A stretch of DNA of 63,966 nt, the filler included, from Folioceros fuciformis (taxonomy: Eukaryota), in assembly GCA_049999805.1 (NCBI GenBank). It is 6 parts of 6 records of this genome, joined end to end, with 100 filler letters (N's around TTAATTAATTAA, not from the genome) between each part and the next. Parts side by side here need not be neighbours in the genome. Positions count along the whole stretch, not along the records: positions 1 to 21,622 come from JBNGIO010004456.1; 5 more parts are not named here. The stretch is one strand, 5' to 3'. The notes beneath the pieces were generated by a model. That model did not search any database, was not told the origin of the DNA, and saw only the letters and a program-made list of their open reading frames with translations. Below are positions 1-12,784 of this stretch, one piece after another (within the stretch, counting starts at the first letter, position 1; each line of letters begins with the position of its first letter). The position numbers and the translations under genes are program-made.

Positions 1-215
1 TGGAAGGATAGATCAAGGAGCAAGAGGAAGCAAGGGAGGAAGGAAAGAGCAAGAAGGAAGGGTGGAAGGAAAGATCAAGGAGCCAGAGGAAGCAAGGAGG
101 AAGGAAAGAAGGGTGGAAGGATAGATCAAGGAGCAAGAGGAAGCAAGGGAGGAAGGAAAGCAAGGGAGGAAGGAAAGAGCAAGAACAAACAAAGGAGGAA
201 GGAGCAAGATGGAGC
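1..215. repeat. Purine-rich degenerate tandem repeat (GGAAGG/GAGCAAG-based units)
   Basis: Recurrent blocks such as ggaaggatagatcaaggagcaagaggaagcaagggaggaaggaaag; the plus strand is strongly purine-biased. Confidence 0.8.
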
Positions 216-1028
216 AAATATAAAATAAATAAACAACAATATATAATATATTTCATGTTTTAAATATATTTAATAAATTTAAATATTTTATTTTTGATAA
301 ATACTTAAATTCTCTAATTGTTACACCTCCTTAAATGTTACCCAATGCCCTACTCCCAACAAGTAACATTTAGGGAGGGTGGATTGTACTCTACACGATC
401 ACGTCACTGAGTCTACTAAATAGGGCTAGTACACCAGTTTTTATTTTCTCACCGGATGGGGCTTGTGGATCGATGAGGGTAGGTACATGAGGGTTCTTTT
501 AGGGCTTCTATGAAACATGGGAATTTTTTTAAGGTACAACTTAGACACACACTGGAAAAAAACGAAGGGCTTACATGCATAAGGGGACATTAGCAAGCTT
601 TGAGCCTAGGGGGCACACGTCAAGCTTATGGATGGGTTGAATAGCTGCAATGGTGCAAGCATGGTTGCAACTTTTTGCTGGTTAACTCTAACAACTTCTA
701 CATGCCTATGTAATGGTTGGCTCTAACTTGAATGTCATCGGAGACGAGGTGCAAGGGTGGAGGAGTTAGGTGATGCAAATTTCCTAGTGTAAGCAATGCA
801 ATGGAATAGATGGAATATGCACAACTGTGGTAGCAAATTCTAATCCGAAACCATGTTGTTGTTACATGTACTTGTTCATTTATGGAAGCAACATACAATT
901 CCAAATTGTGGCTAGGAAATGTTGTTGCAGCTTGCATTTTGTGATGGTTGTTGGTAATTGTAGGTCTTTCAAATGCACCTTTCACTTATAGTTTCTTCTC
1001 TTCTGATCTTGAACCATAAACCCCAACA

Positions 1029-1398
1029 GAGTGTCTGACCCGGACTTGTGAGAGCGAAAATCTTATGCCAACCGTAGGTTTGTCCTCATCGGGACGCCTA
1101 GATGGCACCGTACAACTGAAGCACGCACGTTTGTAACATCTGAAAATTTGGATCGTATACCACGGCGCAAAACTTTCTATTAATGATGGAGTGACCGTGT
1201 TGGTATTCCATAGTGCACGAAAGTCCTCATATTTTACAATCCGTAAAAAAAAGCCATTCCCAATCAAGGCTTCAAACGTATGGAATACTAATACAAACCT
1301 GCCCACTTCGGTCATAGGGTACCATCTAGGGGTCTGGATGGGGACAAACCTGCGGCTGTCATAACATTTCTGCCCTAACATGTCCAGAACAATCACTC
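1029..1398. mobile_element. MITE-like foldback element with about 80-105 bp imperfect terminal inverted repeats
   Basis: The reverse complement of 1029-1109 (ggtgccatctaggcgtcccgatgaggacaaacctacggttggcataag...cactc) aligns without gaps to 1318-1398 (ggtaccatctaggggtctggatggggacaaacctgcggctgtcataac...cactc) at roughly three-quarters identity. No clear TSD. Confidence 0.6.
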
Positions 1399-1547
1399 AG
1401 TCATTTACTTTTTGTTTGTTACGGTTTATAGTTTAGCATCCATCATAGATACCTAGTTCTCAGCGGACCTCATAGCATTCACCTTTGTGTGCACACCTCT
1501 CTCTTGTCTATATGCACACCCCTAACCGTCCCTTGGATGGTTTAGGG

Positions 1548-1645
1548 TTTACAGTGGGCATTCGCCACTGCACAAGTTGTTGAAGGAGACATCCCTTTAC
1601 AGTGGGCATTCGCCATTGCACAAGTTGCTGAAGGAGACATCCCTT
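1548..1645. repeat. Direct tandem duplication of about 49 bp
   Basis: tttacagtgggcattcgccactgcacaagttgttgaaggagacatccct occurs twice in near-identical form. Confidence 0.85.
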
Positions 1646-2819
1646 CCACGCCTTCCTCTCAATGCAATGAGTTCCAGCTAAAGAGGAGAAGAGTGAAAAT
1701 ATGAGCCATCATTTCTTTGTGTTCCCGGGCTAACTTCTCAGGGATTGTTAGCAGACTTATGGGAACGACCCATGATCCAGCAACTTGTATTTAACATTGT
1801 GAAGAAAGTGGTAGGCATTGGTAGAATTTTGCTAAGCTCTAAGCACTAACAATTGTGTATATGTGTTAGGAACCATCGGCCCCTACAGTTGTGGCAAACC
1901 ACGAGACCCTACAAGGTAATCATGTATGTGTGCAAACAATTTGTGGTATGAAGATCGTCCAAAGGTTAAAGGTGCCTTGAATAGTGGCTTTTGTTGAAGC
2001 CCTACATAGAGACAAAAGCTTTGCATCATTTGCAAAGGTTTTATTGAATTAATGTGTAGGTGCCATGGAATGCTAGCCCACATGCCTTAGAAATTTGTGA
2101 GGGCAATTGTCGTAGGATGGTAGCGAACATGCATTCCAAAGTTGGCACCTATTCTACATCTTCCCACTACAAGCCCATTCTCACTATGTACACTTGTTTG
2201 GATACTTAGGATTTTTGTGTGTCACACTTATTTCCTTTTTGACACTCTTTAAAGTTTCAAGTCACAACTATAGGTCTCTTGTTCCAAGCATAAGATCACT
2301 ATTTGTGCTTGGCAAAAAGAACAAGGTCCACCATCTTGGTGGCAATCTCAAAGGCCTATCCTGTACTGCCTATGCTTTCTAGAACTTTGAACACCTCCCA
2401 CATGAAAATATAAAGAAGTCACTTTAGCAATCAAGGTAGGAACAACAGTAGTCACCTTACCAAAATAGCACTTACAACAACCCTACACAAAATGAACAAA
2501 GTTTAACAAACATAATTCGACATCTTCAATACTTCTACATTGTGACCTCTCCCTCAAAGGCATCAATCCTATAGCTACGATTCTACCTCAAATATTGTCG
2601 TAGGCTTATGCATTCCTAATCCAGCCAATCAACAACCTAGGAGGCATCCTCCACATTTGCTACACATTGTTATTTGGTGGTTCTCATCTTCTCTAGCCTT
2701 GTCATGAGGGTGTTCACTATGTTGATTGTGTTGTGCACACCATAGACCATGTTCATTGGCTTCTCACTCAAATTACACATTGTGCAATTTGAGCAAGCAA
2801 GACAAGGAGGCAAGGATCG

Positions 2820-3455
2820 AATAGATCATTGCCTCCTTCCGCTAGTCACACAAATTNNNNNNNNNNNNNNNNNNNNNNNNNNNNNNNNNNNNNNNNNNNN
2901 NNNNNNNNNNNNNNNNNNNNNNNNNNNNNNNNNNNNNNNNNNNNNNNNNNNNNNNNCCTTCCGCTAGTCACACAAATTGCATAGATCATTGCCCCCTTCT
3001 GCTAGTCACTCAAATTGCATATCTCATTACCTCCTTCTACTAGCCACTCAAATTGCATATCTCATTGCCTCCTTCTTCTAGTCATGCAAATTGCATAGAT
3101 CATTGCCCCTTCCACTAATCACTCAAATCGCACATCTCATTGCCTCCTTCTTCTAGTCATGCAAATTGCATAGATCATTGCCTCTTCCGCTAATTACTCA
3201 AATTGCACATCTCATTGCCTCCTTCTACAAGTCATGCAAATTGCATAGATCATTGCACCCTTTTGCTAGTCACTCAAATTTCATATCTCATTGCCTCCTT
3301 CTGTTAGTCATGCAAATTGCATAAATCATTGCCCCCTTTTGCTACTCACTCCAATTGCACAAATCATTGCCTCCTTCTAATGCTCACTCAAATTGCACAG
3401 ATCATTACGTCCTTTTGCTACTCACTCAAATTGCATACATCATTGCCTCCTTCCA
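2820..3455. repeat. 38-bp minisatellite array (spans an N gap)
   Basis: Unit gctagtcacacaaattgcatagatcattgcccccttct recurs at 2963, 3001, 3039 and onward. Confidence 0.9.
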
Positions 3456-4727
3456 CTATGTGCCTCTGGGCATTAACTCACAAGGCATCTTGTTATTTGC
3501 GCATCTTGTTATGCACCTTGTTCTCTTCCTCTTCTTCTAAAGAGGAGACCTCAAAGTAGGAAAACTCTTGATTCTTCCTATGCACCCTCCTCACTTTCGG
3601 CATATTGGAGTCTAAGCTACACCCTACCTCCTCTCCCAAAATTGCCTCTTGCCCTCCACCATTCATTGAATTGCCTCAGACACATCTTGCACCGTATAAC
3701 ATGTGGTTGCGGATACTAACCTTTACCACCTCTAGCTCCACTCGCAAGGCTCAACAATATCTAGGTCAATGCACCACTAGCTAGAGTGTAGGACCTCAAC
3801 TAGGGCTTCGTGATGGCCTGTTGGACCAAGGCTTCAAGATGGCCCGTAGGACCTCGACTAGAGCTTTGTGATGGCTCGTAGGACCTCGAACAAGGCTTCG
3901 TGATGGCCCAAACCCTAACCCTAGGTATATCAAATAAAAATTTGGTTTGTTTTGAAACTTACGGTCATCACATAGATATTATCTCTAATAGAGAAGCTAT
4001 GTTGGCACCATAACTTGGCAACCATATCCTTCAATGGGTGAATAGCCTACAGCTTCATAGCCATGTAGTTTGCTACAGGCCAACAAATTTCTAGCCTAGT
4101 GTATGGTACAACTCTTAGCAATGTTAATGCAAACCAATCGGCAATCCAAAAGTTGCATTAATTTAGCAGGACATGGTGTAGAGTTAAGTGTATCAAGATG
4201 ACATGTCGATAATCNNNNNNNNNNCGATAATCAAGATGACCTATAGCTTGCCATAATGCATTGTTTGAGAAAAAGGTTAAGCGTACCACACACACAAAAA
4301 GGTTTTAGCGTAACAGGATGTTATAGGGAAGAATTTCATGACTTCCCTACTGAAAAGGTTATACACGAGTGAAGATCAAAAGAGACTAGGAGATGCAAAA
4401 GATTGGATCAACATAGCCATTAGAGTCTTCAGTTTGTCGCCTCGCCAATTTTTATGCTAGTTGCCTCGTGTGAACTGCAAATTGCCACCTCCAAGATTTG
4501 GGATATCCAAGTCACCCTTCAAATGTACTCTGGGCTGTGATAAGGCAACCCATGTAGTAGGGCTCGCCTACATTAGCTAGTCCTTAGCCAACTACACATG
4601 CACCTCTTTGGGCCGAACTCTAGGTCACTCCCTATAGCCTTGCACCAACTTCCGTCAAAAATAATGTGTGATACATGGTTGTGGAATGTGTCAAAAAACA
4701 CTAGTTATTTAAGAAAATTATGATGAT

Positions 4728-4823
4728 CATATACCAAGCTCATATGGTCATATTTACGATGACCACATACCGAGCTCATATGGTCATATATACGATGACC
4801 ACATGCCGAGCTCATATGGTCAT
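4728..4823. repeat. 36-bp tandem repeat, about 2.5 copies
   Basis: catatggtcatat(t/a)tacgatgaccacat(a/g)ccgagct is repeated. Confidence 0.8.
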
Positions 4824-5488
4824 GTTTATATGTATATATATATGTTTATATATTCATATGTCATACTTAGTACTATAAATGCAAGTCACAAATTTAGTAT
4901 TACAAACAGGTTATTCTTGTCGGCATTCCATAAGCCATCCTCTGGCCTATCATATACATAGCCACCCTGGGTACGCTCCCCTCTGGGCTCCGTACCAACG
5001 TGGTATCTCTTTGATGGCCGCAAGTTCTTGTCCAGTGGGGTGGGCATAGTTGTTTTTTCTTCTCCCTGTCACGTATCGCTATTTCATACACCGCTGTCTT
5101 ACCAACCAATTTTTTCCAACCAACCGCTCATCCGAACCGAAACATACCCCGAGACACGAGTATGGTGGGCTAGCTGTGCGAAGAGTGCAAGTGGAGCGCG
5201 AGCGCAAAGAGGAGTGAGGTGCAGCGGCTATATAGTCCTAGCAAGCAGATTGTTAGCAGGCAGGAAGGCAGGCAGGCAGAGGCTCCTGTGGCTGGCAGCT
5301 TTCACGCGTGGCCCGCCTCGTTCACGCTGCCGGCCCTGTGCTGTGCAGAGAAAGATTGCAAAGGCAGACAGGCTAGGCTAGGCTGCCAACCGCTGCGGTG
5401 TGGTGCGCCTCCCAATTTGCGCGCCGCTCTGCCAGGCACGGCTACTACCTGAGCGTAGGTGTCGGGATGCGAGAGAGGCCGCATCAGA

Positions 5489-6592
5489 ATGCCGCCTGAA
5501 GCCTCGGCGTTGCTGCCCTTGGAGATGCAGGTGGAGGCGGCCGTGGAGGTGCCCTTCGTGTTGGAGGCAGACGAGGTGAGGCGCCTGCACTCCGCCTCGG
5601 GGCTCTCCCTGGAGATGTTTCTTGCCAGCCTGGTGAAGCCGACCATGGCGATGGCACGGCCTCCCATCTCCGACTTCCACGTCGGGGCGGTCGGTCTGGG
5701 AGTGAGCGGGCGGGTGTTTCGGGGCGTGAATCTTGAATTTCCGGGCCTGCCGCTCAACCACTCGGTGCACGCGGAGCAATGCCTCGTGGCTAACGCTGTG
5801 CAGCACGGGGAGGAGCGGCTGCGCTTCATCGCCGTCTCGGCCGCGCCTTGCGGCCATTGCAGGCAGTTTCTACAGGAATTGCGAGGAGCCGCGGATGTTC
5901 AGCTGGTGATTGTGGATCCCAAGGTGGAGGTGCACTCCCTGCCTAATCTTCTACCGCGCAGATTCGGGCCGCAGGACTTGCTGGCGGAAGGGTGTCCTCT
6001 GCTGCTGGAGCCGCATGTGAATAATCTCTTCCTGGCCGCGGATGATACGAAGCAGAGGCGTGTGGCGTTCCCTGCGGTAGCTTCAAATGGAGGGATTTCT
6101 TTGGCAGCGGCAGCATCGGCAGCGGCTGGTGCACGGAATGGCTTTAACGGCCGTGCTTCTCTCTTCCTTCACTCTCAGGGTGGACAAAGATGCCTTGTGC
6201 ATGCTAACGGTAACGGCTGCGCATCTGCTGTCTCCTTGTCTGAGCTCAAGGCCGCGGCTCTGGAGGCCGCGGAAGTGGCTTACGCGCCCTACAGCAAATG
6301 CCCTTCCGGGCTAGCTCTGCTGAATAGCAAGGGTAAGGTGTTTCGGGGATCTTACATGGAATCTGCGGCCTACAATCCCAGCCTGTCCCCTCTGCAGTCC
6401 GCTTTGATTGCTTTTGTGACACAAGGAGGAGCGAGCTACGACGATCTGGTGCAAGCGGTGATGGTGGAGCTTGTGGGAGCCAAAGTGCAGCATGCAGGCA
6501 CAATCCGGCTTGCTCTGGAGAAAATTTCTCCCAGATGCGCGTTTCATGTGTCCCTTGCTTACCATGGCAGTGCAGTGCCCAGCCCTCTGTGA
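5489..6592 (+). CDS. CDA1: Cytidine deaminase (plant/E. coli homodimeric type), single ORF
   Basis: Motifs PPISDFHVGAVG, GVNLEFPGLPLNHSVHAEQ, PCGHCRQFLQEL (Zn-binding HxE and PCxxC) and the C-terminal pseudo-domain YAPYS...ESAAYNPSLSPLQSAL. The first ATG is at 5489. Confidence 0.95.
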   Translation: MPPEASALLPLEMQVEAAVEVPFVLEADEVRRLHSASGLSLEMFLASLVKPTMAMARPPISDFHVGAVGLGVSGRVFRGVNLEFPGLPLNHSVHAEQCLVANAVQHGEERLRFIAVSAAPCGHCRQFLQELRGAADVQLVIVDPKVEVHSLPNLLPRRFGPQDLLAEGCPLLLEPHVNNLFLAADDTKQRRVAFPAVASNGGISLAAAASAAAGARNGFNGRASLFLHSQGGQRCLVHANGNGCASAVSLSELKAAALEAAEVAYAPYSKCPSGLALLNSKGKVFRGSYMESAAYNPSLSPLQSALIAFVTQGGASYDDLVQAVMVELVGAKVQHAGTIRLALEKISPRCAFHVSLAYHGSAVPSPL

Positions 6593-7377
6593 CATTACGG
6601 TGCTGGATACAGGTTCTTGCCAGGGAAGGAAGGAAAAGAAGTGTACAAAGTGTACAGACATGCCTGTTTGTCCAGTCATCACACTATTTCTAAATGTGCA
6701 GAAAACATTTAACTGCTGCTCAATTGGGCCGGCTCCTCAAACCAGGGCCGTAGATATTGTTGTAGTTGGTGGTAGGCAGAAGTGTGAATGCTGTCTGCGT
6801 TTTGAGGCACATTCTCTTGTAAAGATTTTTAAAATTCATTCTGTCCCCGCACAGCCGATGACTTGTTTGTTCCCTTCTGTCTCCTCGTTGCTGGATGACG
6901 TCGGGAAGGATCTTGGAGAGAGGGGCAAAAGGTTACAATGGCTTACGTAGTAATATGCTTTTCCAGTCGCCAACAATGAAAACAAAAGAGAGGCAACCAC
7001 CACAAAAAAGGACCACATTCGCATCTGCAACTTCCCAAGTAGCGAGTATTAATGGACAGGGATGGTAGCTGAGTAAGAGAGTGAGACTCTGTGACACGCA
7101 GCTCCTGGGGGAAAAGTTGCAACGCACTTCAGTTTGGTAACGTGGAACAACCAGTGAGAGGCTAAGGATTGTCTGCAACACAAGTCAAGGGGCAATCTTC
7201 ATCTCAGTTCGTCACGACCGCCTTTAGAGTTGTGAAGATGATTCTTTCCTTTGGCTGCGGCTTCGGCTCTGGGATCTCTGGATATTCATTCAACATCAGC
7301 CATGTTCCACACAAGGTCATGTATAAAAACTGTGGGAAGGGCAGAAACGTCCAACACAAGTTTGTCGGATTGTGTGC

Positions 7378-8322
7378 TTACGCAGCATGGTCAGGCATCT
7401 TCACCACTGTAACAGGGCAAGGAACATTATTGACGATGAAGTTGCTTACACTCCCTAACAGAGCCCTGCACAGCACAAGGAAAGTTGGAAACCAAACCGA
7501 AGGTTCGCAGCAGAAGCAGTAGCAGCAACAGCGGCGGCCACAAAAAGGAGTTACAGGTGTTCCTGCGTGCCGTGCGGTACCATGCCGTGCCGTGTGCAGG
7601 CAGCAGGGCATCTGAGCAACAGGTGACAGAAGAGAGCGGGGGGATCTTCTACAGGCCGACCAGGTCACTGTACAGTCAGTTGTTTTACCTCTTGAGTGTT
7701 CCCAAGCCTCTGCTGCCCATGATGAGCAATTGGATGGGGTGTTCTTCCACAGCGTCCATGATCTTTTCCCGGGCATCTCCCCAGTAAATCTTAGCTAGGA
7801 CAACGAGCTGCAAACCGGTTTCGATTCAGAGAAGAATCCTAGGTTTTTCCCAACCTATGGGTTAGCAGAAGGTTCAATTTCTTCTAAACAAGTCCCGCGC
7901 TCGGACTGATCATGATGGATAAAAGGTACAGAACCTTCCTCTCTTTCGTGGCAGCTTCAAGTCTCTGGATGACCTCATCATCGGGCACCACGTCGTACTG
8001 CTTCATCAGACTAGCATCCGCAAACTCGCTGAGGGGAATCAGGGCTGCAACCAAACACGCACTTCTGGTGAGACCTTACCGTGCACTGCCTTGCCACTTT
8101 CTTTTCACATGCCCAATTTCAGTCCTGCTTGCTGCTGCACACAACGATCCGATTCTCACGAGATCCCTGCTCATCCCATAGGCCCGGGCTCCCATCCTTC
8201 GCTTTCACCAAGATTACCACCAGGTGATCCTTATCTTTCACCACGTTCTCCAGTGCCCACGTCAAGGCGTACTTGCTGCTGGGAGAGTAATCCATCGTCA
8301 CTGCTACATGCCGCTGTGCCAT
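7378..8322 (-). CDS. Universal stress protein A-like (USP domain), 4 exons: 8322-8160, 8044-7935, 7807-7689, 7465-7378
   Basis: Spliced product MAQRHVAVTMDYSPSSKYALTWA...PLIPLSEF...KIYWGDAREKI...[36 protein letters not shown] carries the plant USP G-x2-G-x9-GS motif. All introns are GT-AG and phase-consistent. Confidence 0.93.
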
Positions 8323-8538
8323 GTCGATCCTTCCAGGCAAGCTCAGCCGGCATGGCCGCGTCCCCCAACTTGCCTCTCCAGGCGGAACGAACGGCTCCGA
8401 GCGGAAGGAAAGCAACAGTTAGCCGTTGAGTTGGGGCAGCAGTTGGACACAGCCCACTTCATGCGACCCTTTTAGAACTTTCGTTGTTAACCGACAAGAG
8501 ATTTTCCATTCCATTAAATGGCCGCATCTTTATTAAGT

Positions 8539-11226
8539 TTAAGGACACAGGGTTAGGACAGACACGCATTCGATGTGTGGAGTATGCGGAAACATATCGA
8601 CGGGAACCACGCTGACCAATCGGTAGGCGCCTGTGATACCAAGAGCACCCTGCGCGCACGCAAACCAAGGGCTGAGTTGTCTCCAAGGGATTCAGCTGCC
8701 TCGGAAAATATTTCCTACAAAAGGAGAACTTACATCACCATGGCACAGCAGATCCAGATCTCGGGCAAGTGTCGCCGGATTGCATGAGACATAGACAATT
8801 CGAGGGGCCCTCAACTTCAACAAAAATTGCACTAGTTTCAAGTGCAGGCCTGGCCTGTTCGGGTCTGTAGACAAGAAAAGCAATTTCACCTTCTTCAGTT
8901 CGGGACAATAAACAAAGAGGGGACAAAGCTCACTGGCATGGGACGTAGCCTGACCTATGACAACCACGTCTGGTTGCGGTAGATCCCTCCCAAAATCGGC
9001 TGACAGCTTGTTCAGGTCTCCTTCGACGAAAGTGGCATTGTGGATGCTATTTCGTTTGGCATTTCTACGTGCGTCGGCCACGGCTTCTGGAACCAACTCA
9101 TAGCCATAGACATGCTTCAACCTGGAAGATAGGGTCATGCGTCGTGTCACCACTAATCTACAGCTTTCTAGACAGGGCGTGTTAGACTGCAGTAACCTGG
9201 GAAGACATCGCTTATCTCAAGCAAAGGGAGTAACAAAAGGGTAGCACTTACACCAGAAAGACAGCACTCACTTTTGCGCCATGGTTAGACCAATTGTCCC
9301 GGTGCCACAGAACAGATCGAGAAGTACCTCACTTCCATCGGCCCTCAGACTACACGCATCCTCAACGAGCTTGTAAAGCACTTCTGCCTGGGGCCAAGAC
9401 GGCTAATTAGTGAATTGCAGACGAGTCCAAATATAAATGCAACGTCCAGAAGGGGGAACACACATAAAAACGTACCTGACCAGTATTAGGCTGAAAGAAT
9501 GAGCTTGACGATATTTCAAAAATGAGACCACGTAGCATCGCAGTTATTGTTGGTACTCCATGTAGCAAGTATTCTTGCTCTCCGAATGAAGTGTTCCCCA
9601 GCAAGCTGTTCACGTTGTTGATGATACTCACCTAAGGTCAGGATATGAGTACAAAGAAGAAACTACAATCAGCAAAGCACAAGCAGAGTTTGTCAGCCAA
9701 TTCCAACATCAGCATCCTAAAATTTCGACAATCTTAACAACGCAACTCACCACTTGTGGAAATGCTGTAGTCAACAAAGACACAAGCGGCTGCAGAAGCC
9801 TTGGCTTGTACTCCTTTGTGACGAAAACCACCATGAGTTGTACTTCCCCAGTCTTACAATCTCTGCACAGTAATAAGGGGACCAATATGATAAATTCTCC
9901 AAGATAAAGGAGCACCTGTTTAACAGCGAGCGACATTCACACACCTGCCAGATCTGATCATCAAATGCCTCAGGAAACCCTGTTTGCTGAACTCATCATA
10001 GGCTGGCATGTCATGACGGTTGTCCTCACAGTACCTCCGCACGGTGGCCAGAACCTGCAAACAAGTGGCTCACACCTCTTACACTGCCTTCAGCTTATAC
10101 ACAAGGGAAGATCAAACGACGAAAAGGACAGCGGCCTTACCTCGTTTGCGAGTTCATGCTGCAGCAGGCACTTCTGTATCGAGATGATTTTGTCAAACCG
10201 GCCAGGTGCATGTAGACCCAGAGCGAATACCCCTGTGCTTTTACTTCCGGTTTTTGGAGCCTCCCCTGGATCTGCTGGTGCAGGAGATTTTTCAAAAACG
10301 TCTGCTGGTATCCATTCTTGCGTTCCACACGAAAACTCCATCTATGGCCCCACTACAGGTCTGGCTACAGGTTAGAGTCTTCCACAATGTATTGAACAGC
10401 AATAATACCTGCCGAGTGCACATTCATTCACGGCAGACTTTGCAAGCTGCGCAGACCTTATTCCGGTAGTGGTACTGGGATTCGCATGGCACAATCGGAC
10501 CAACATACAGTTTGTCAGGGCTTTCATCTGGACTCAATCCAAACTTGCCCAGCCGAGAAATGAGCTCCTGAACCTGCTCCCTTTTCAACTCAAGCTGTGC
10601 GCTGTACGCAAGGTTCTGTGTCTTGCAACCCCCACAGTTCCCAAAGTGCGCACAAGGAGCCGGAACAGCATTATCGTGCGGTGAGAGAGTCCGCACCTTG
10701 TAAGCCTGTGGAATACAAAGAGCTGTCCAAGAATTACTACCTCGCCACGAGTCCCTCGTTCCATATAACGAAGGACAATCCATACCTGAGCAAAGCCCCT
10801 CTTCTTGCTAATAACTCGAGCAACCAATCGCTCTCCGGGTAGTGCTCTCTCGCACAAAACCACAAACCCGGTCTCGGCCACCTTGCAAACACCCATCCCT
10901 TTGAATGCCAGACTTTCGCAGAACAGCTCTAACTCCTGTCCTTTTCTTGGGAAAAACGCTCTTGTGAATCCTTTCCTCCCTGTCTTCTCATCACTCGTCA
11001 CAATTCCCTGGCCCGTGCCTCTGCTGACTTCAGCGCCACCCATTTCTGGATCCACCATCGGTTCAGCTGCATCACTGTCGAGAGCGACTGATTGAGCTGA
11101 AGCGACGCAGACACAGGCGCGAACAGGAACTGAGGCAGCGCCATTTCTTCCCCTCGCCGAGATAGCCGCAGCTGACACGGATGATCTAGCAGCCGTCACA
11201 AAGACGTGGATCCTCAAAGCGGCCAT
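8539..11226 (-). CDS. TRAM-domain RNA (uracil-5-)-methyltransferase, TrmA/RlmD family, about 10 exons, probable organellar transit peptide
   Basis: TRAM segment ELFCESLAFKGMGVC...ALPGE; 4Fe-4S motif CAHFGNCGGC; SFFQPNT; LDLFCGTGTIG; DPNRPGL; YVSCNPATLARD; VDMFPHTPHIECV. Exons are approximately 11226-10786, 10705-10457, 10341-10141, 10054-9945, 9863-9753, 9632-9476, 9388-9272, 9121-8956, 8866-8734, 8649-8539. The N-terminus is Ala/Ser/Arg-rich. Confidence 0.93.
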
Positions 11227-11305
11227 GCCTTGATAGATGATCTAGGAGGGTCTCCCTCGCCACATTACCCCTTTCATCGACAGACAACCTTCCACGGGAG
11301 AAACT

Positions 11306-11313
11306 AAACCCTA
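11306..11313. promoter_or_regulatory. Telo-box (AAACCCTA) about 80 bp upstream of the RNA methyltransferase ATG
   Basis: Exact motif. Telo-boxes are typical of plant translation and RNA-modification gene promoters; function here is inferred. Confidence 0.4.
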
Positions 11314-12784
11314 CTTCTCTCTGAATATTTTTCGGCAACGCCAGTGACATGGACAGACAGTAACAAAATTGTAGTTAAGTGCTCTACACTTAACGGATTG
11401 GTCTCCCGGTCACTCGATGCGAAACCGGAGAGGAATTCCTGGTGGACTAGTTCACTCCATGACCAAGTTGCTCCGACATGGGATCCTAGTAACACTCCCA
11501 TCTCTAGTATTCAGATAGGTCATTCAAACTGCACGGTCAACAACCATCGTTTTATATGTAGTTGGATTATTTTTTCAACTGTGAAAACCCTGTATGGATG
11601 CTCTAAAATTACTTTGAATAGACCTATTTCTATTACCATACCATCATCATCAGGTCCCATGCGTTACTGCTTTTGCATATTCAACTTGTAGATAATTAGA
11701 TGAGGCATTCCTACAAAATGCTCACTAGATGCATACTCAACGATTTCATTAGCCCCACAAACTGCATCTCACCTATCAGCCACAAGAAGCACGTTTCCAG
11801 CTCCTCATGCTCTTGTGGTCTTAGATGTGCTAGGACACTTGGACTCGCAAGTGTTGTTGTCAAAATACAAATAAAAGAAATGGGACCCCACCTCACTCTT
11901 AGGAGGTAGCTTGCAAAGGACATGTCACACACTAAGCCTCAAATTAGGTCTGCGTTGGAAGCAAAGGGCGTTGTTATGGAGGAGAACCCACCATACATGA
12001 ATTTGACAAGGTCCTGGAGAACCCACCATACATGAAATTGACAAGGTCCTCAAAAAGTTGGTCATGGATTAAATCCATAAAGGACGCCAATACTTCCACG
12101 GTCATCCTGGAATCTCATTTATGTGGAAGCAACATGCAAAAGTGGGCACCTCTTTGCAATCTTGACCCATCGCTACTTGACATCATCTAGCATCCAAATG
12201 CTAACAGAGTAGTACAATAGCAATACAATAGCCTTCCAGGGTGCTTTGTCACAAAGTAATTGTTACTCTTTCTTGAAATTGGGTCCCAATGTTCTTCAAC
12301 TAGGGGCAATGGCAAGTCCCACATGTAGCGAGGACCTCATCTTCGTGTTTAGCCGCATTAGCTTCCCACGATCTCTTCCCACTACTGTGTTGTACACATC
12401 TCCATTACAAGCCCAAATTGGCTCCTATTCAAAAGAAAAAACTTGACGTTCCAACGAGGGTGATGTCCAAGTTCTTCTACTTATTGGTGATGCTATTATA
12501 GATCATTGTAACATTGTTATAATCCTTATATTGCATACCACCCTCACCCACATCTACATGATGCAGATTGGGAGCTTATGAAACGTCGAACAGATGGACT
12601 TCGAAGCTTGGAAGTATTTTTGTTGCATCTGTGATAGTTCTAACCAAAAGGAGCACGCAAAAAGCAAAATTGATGTGAAGCATAGGCAAAACTTTGAAGC
12701 TCTTATTTATCATACTTGTTCTCCACCAAGTTGCATCACATCCGCTATAGATTCCCAAGGACATTTGGCACAAGCTTAGATATG

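Noticed and set aside
7624-7640. TGACAGAAGAGAG, identical to the first 13 nt of miR156
   Set aside because: The remainder diverges, no complementary arm is nearby, and it lies in a USP intron. Probably chance.
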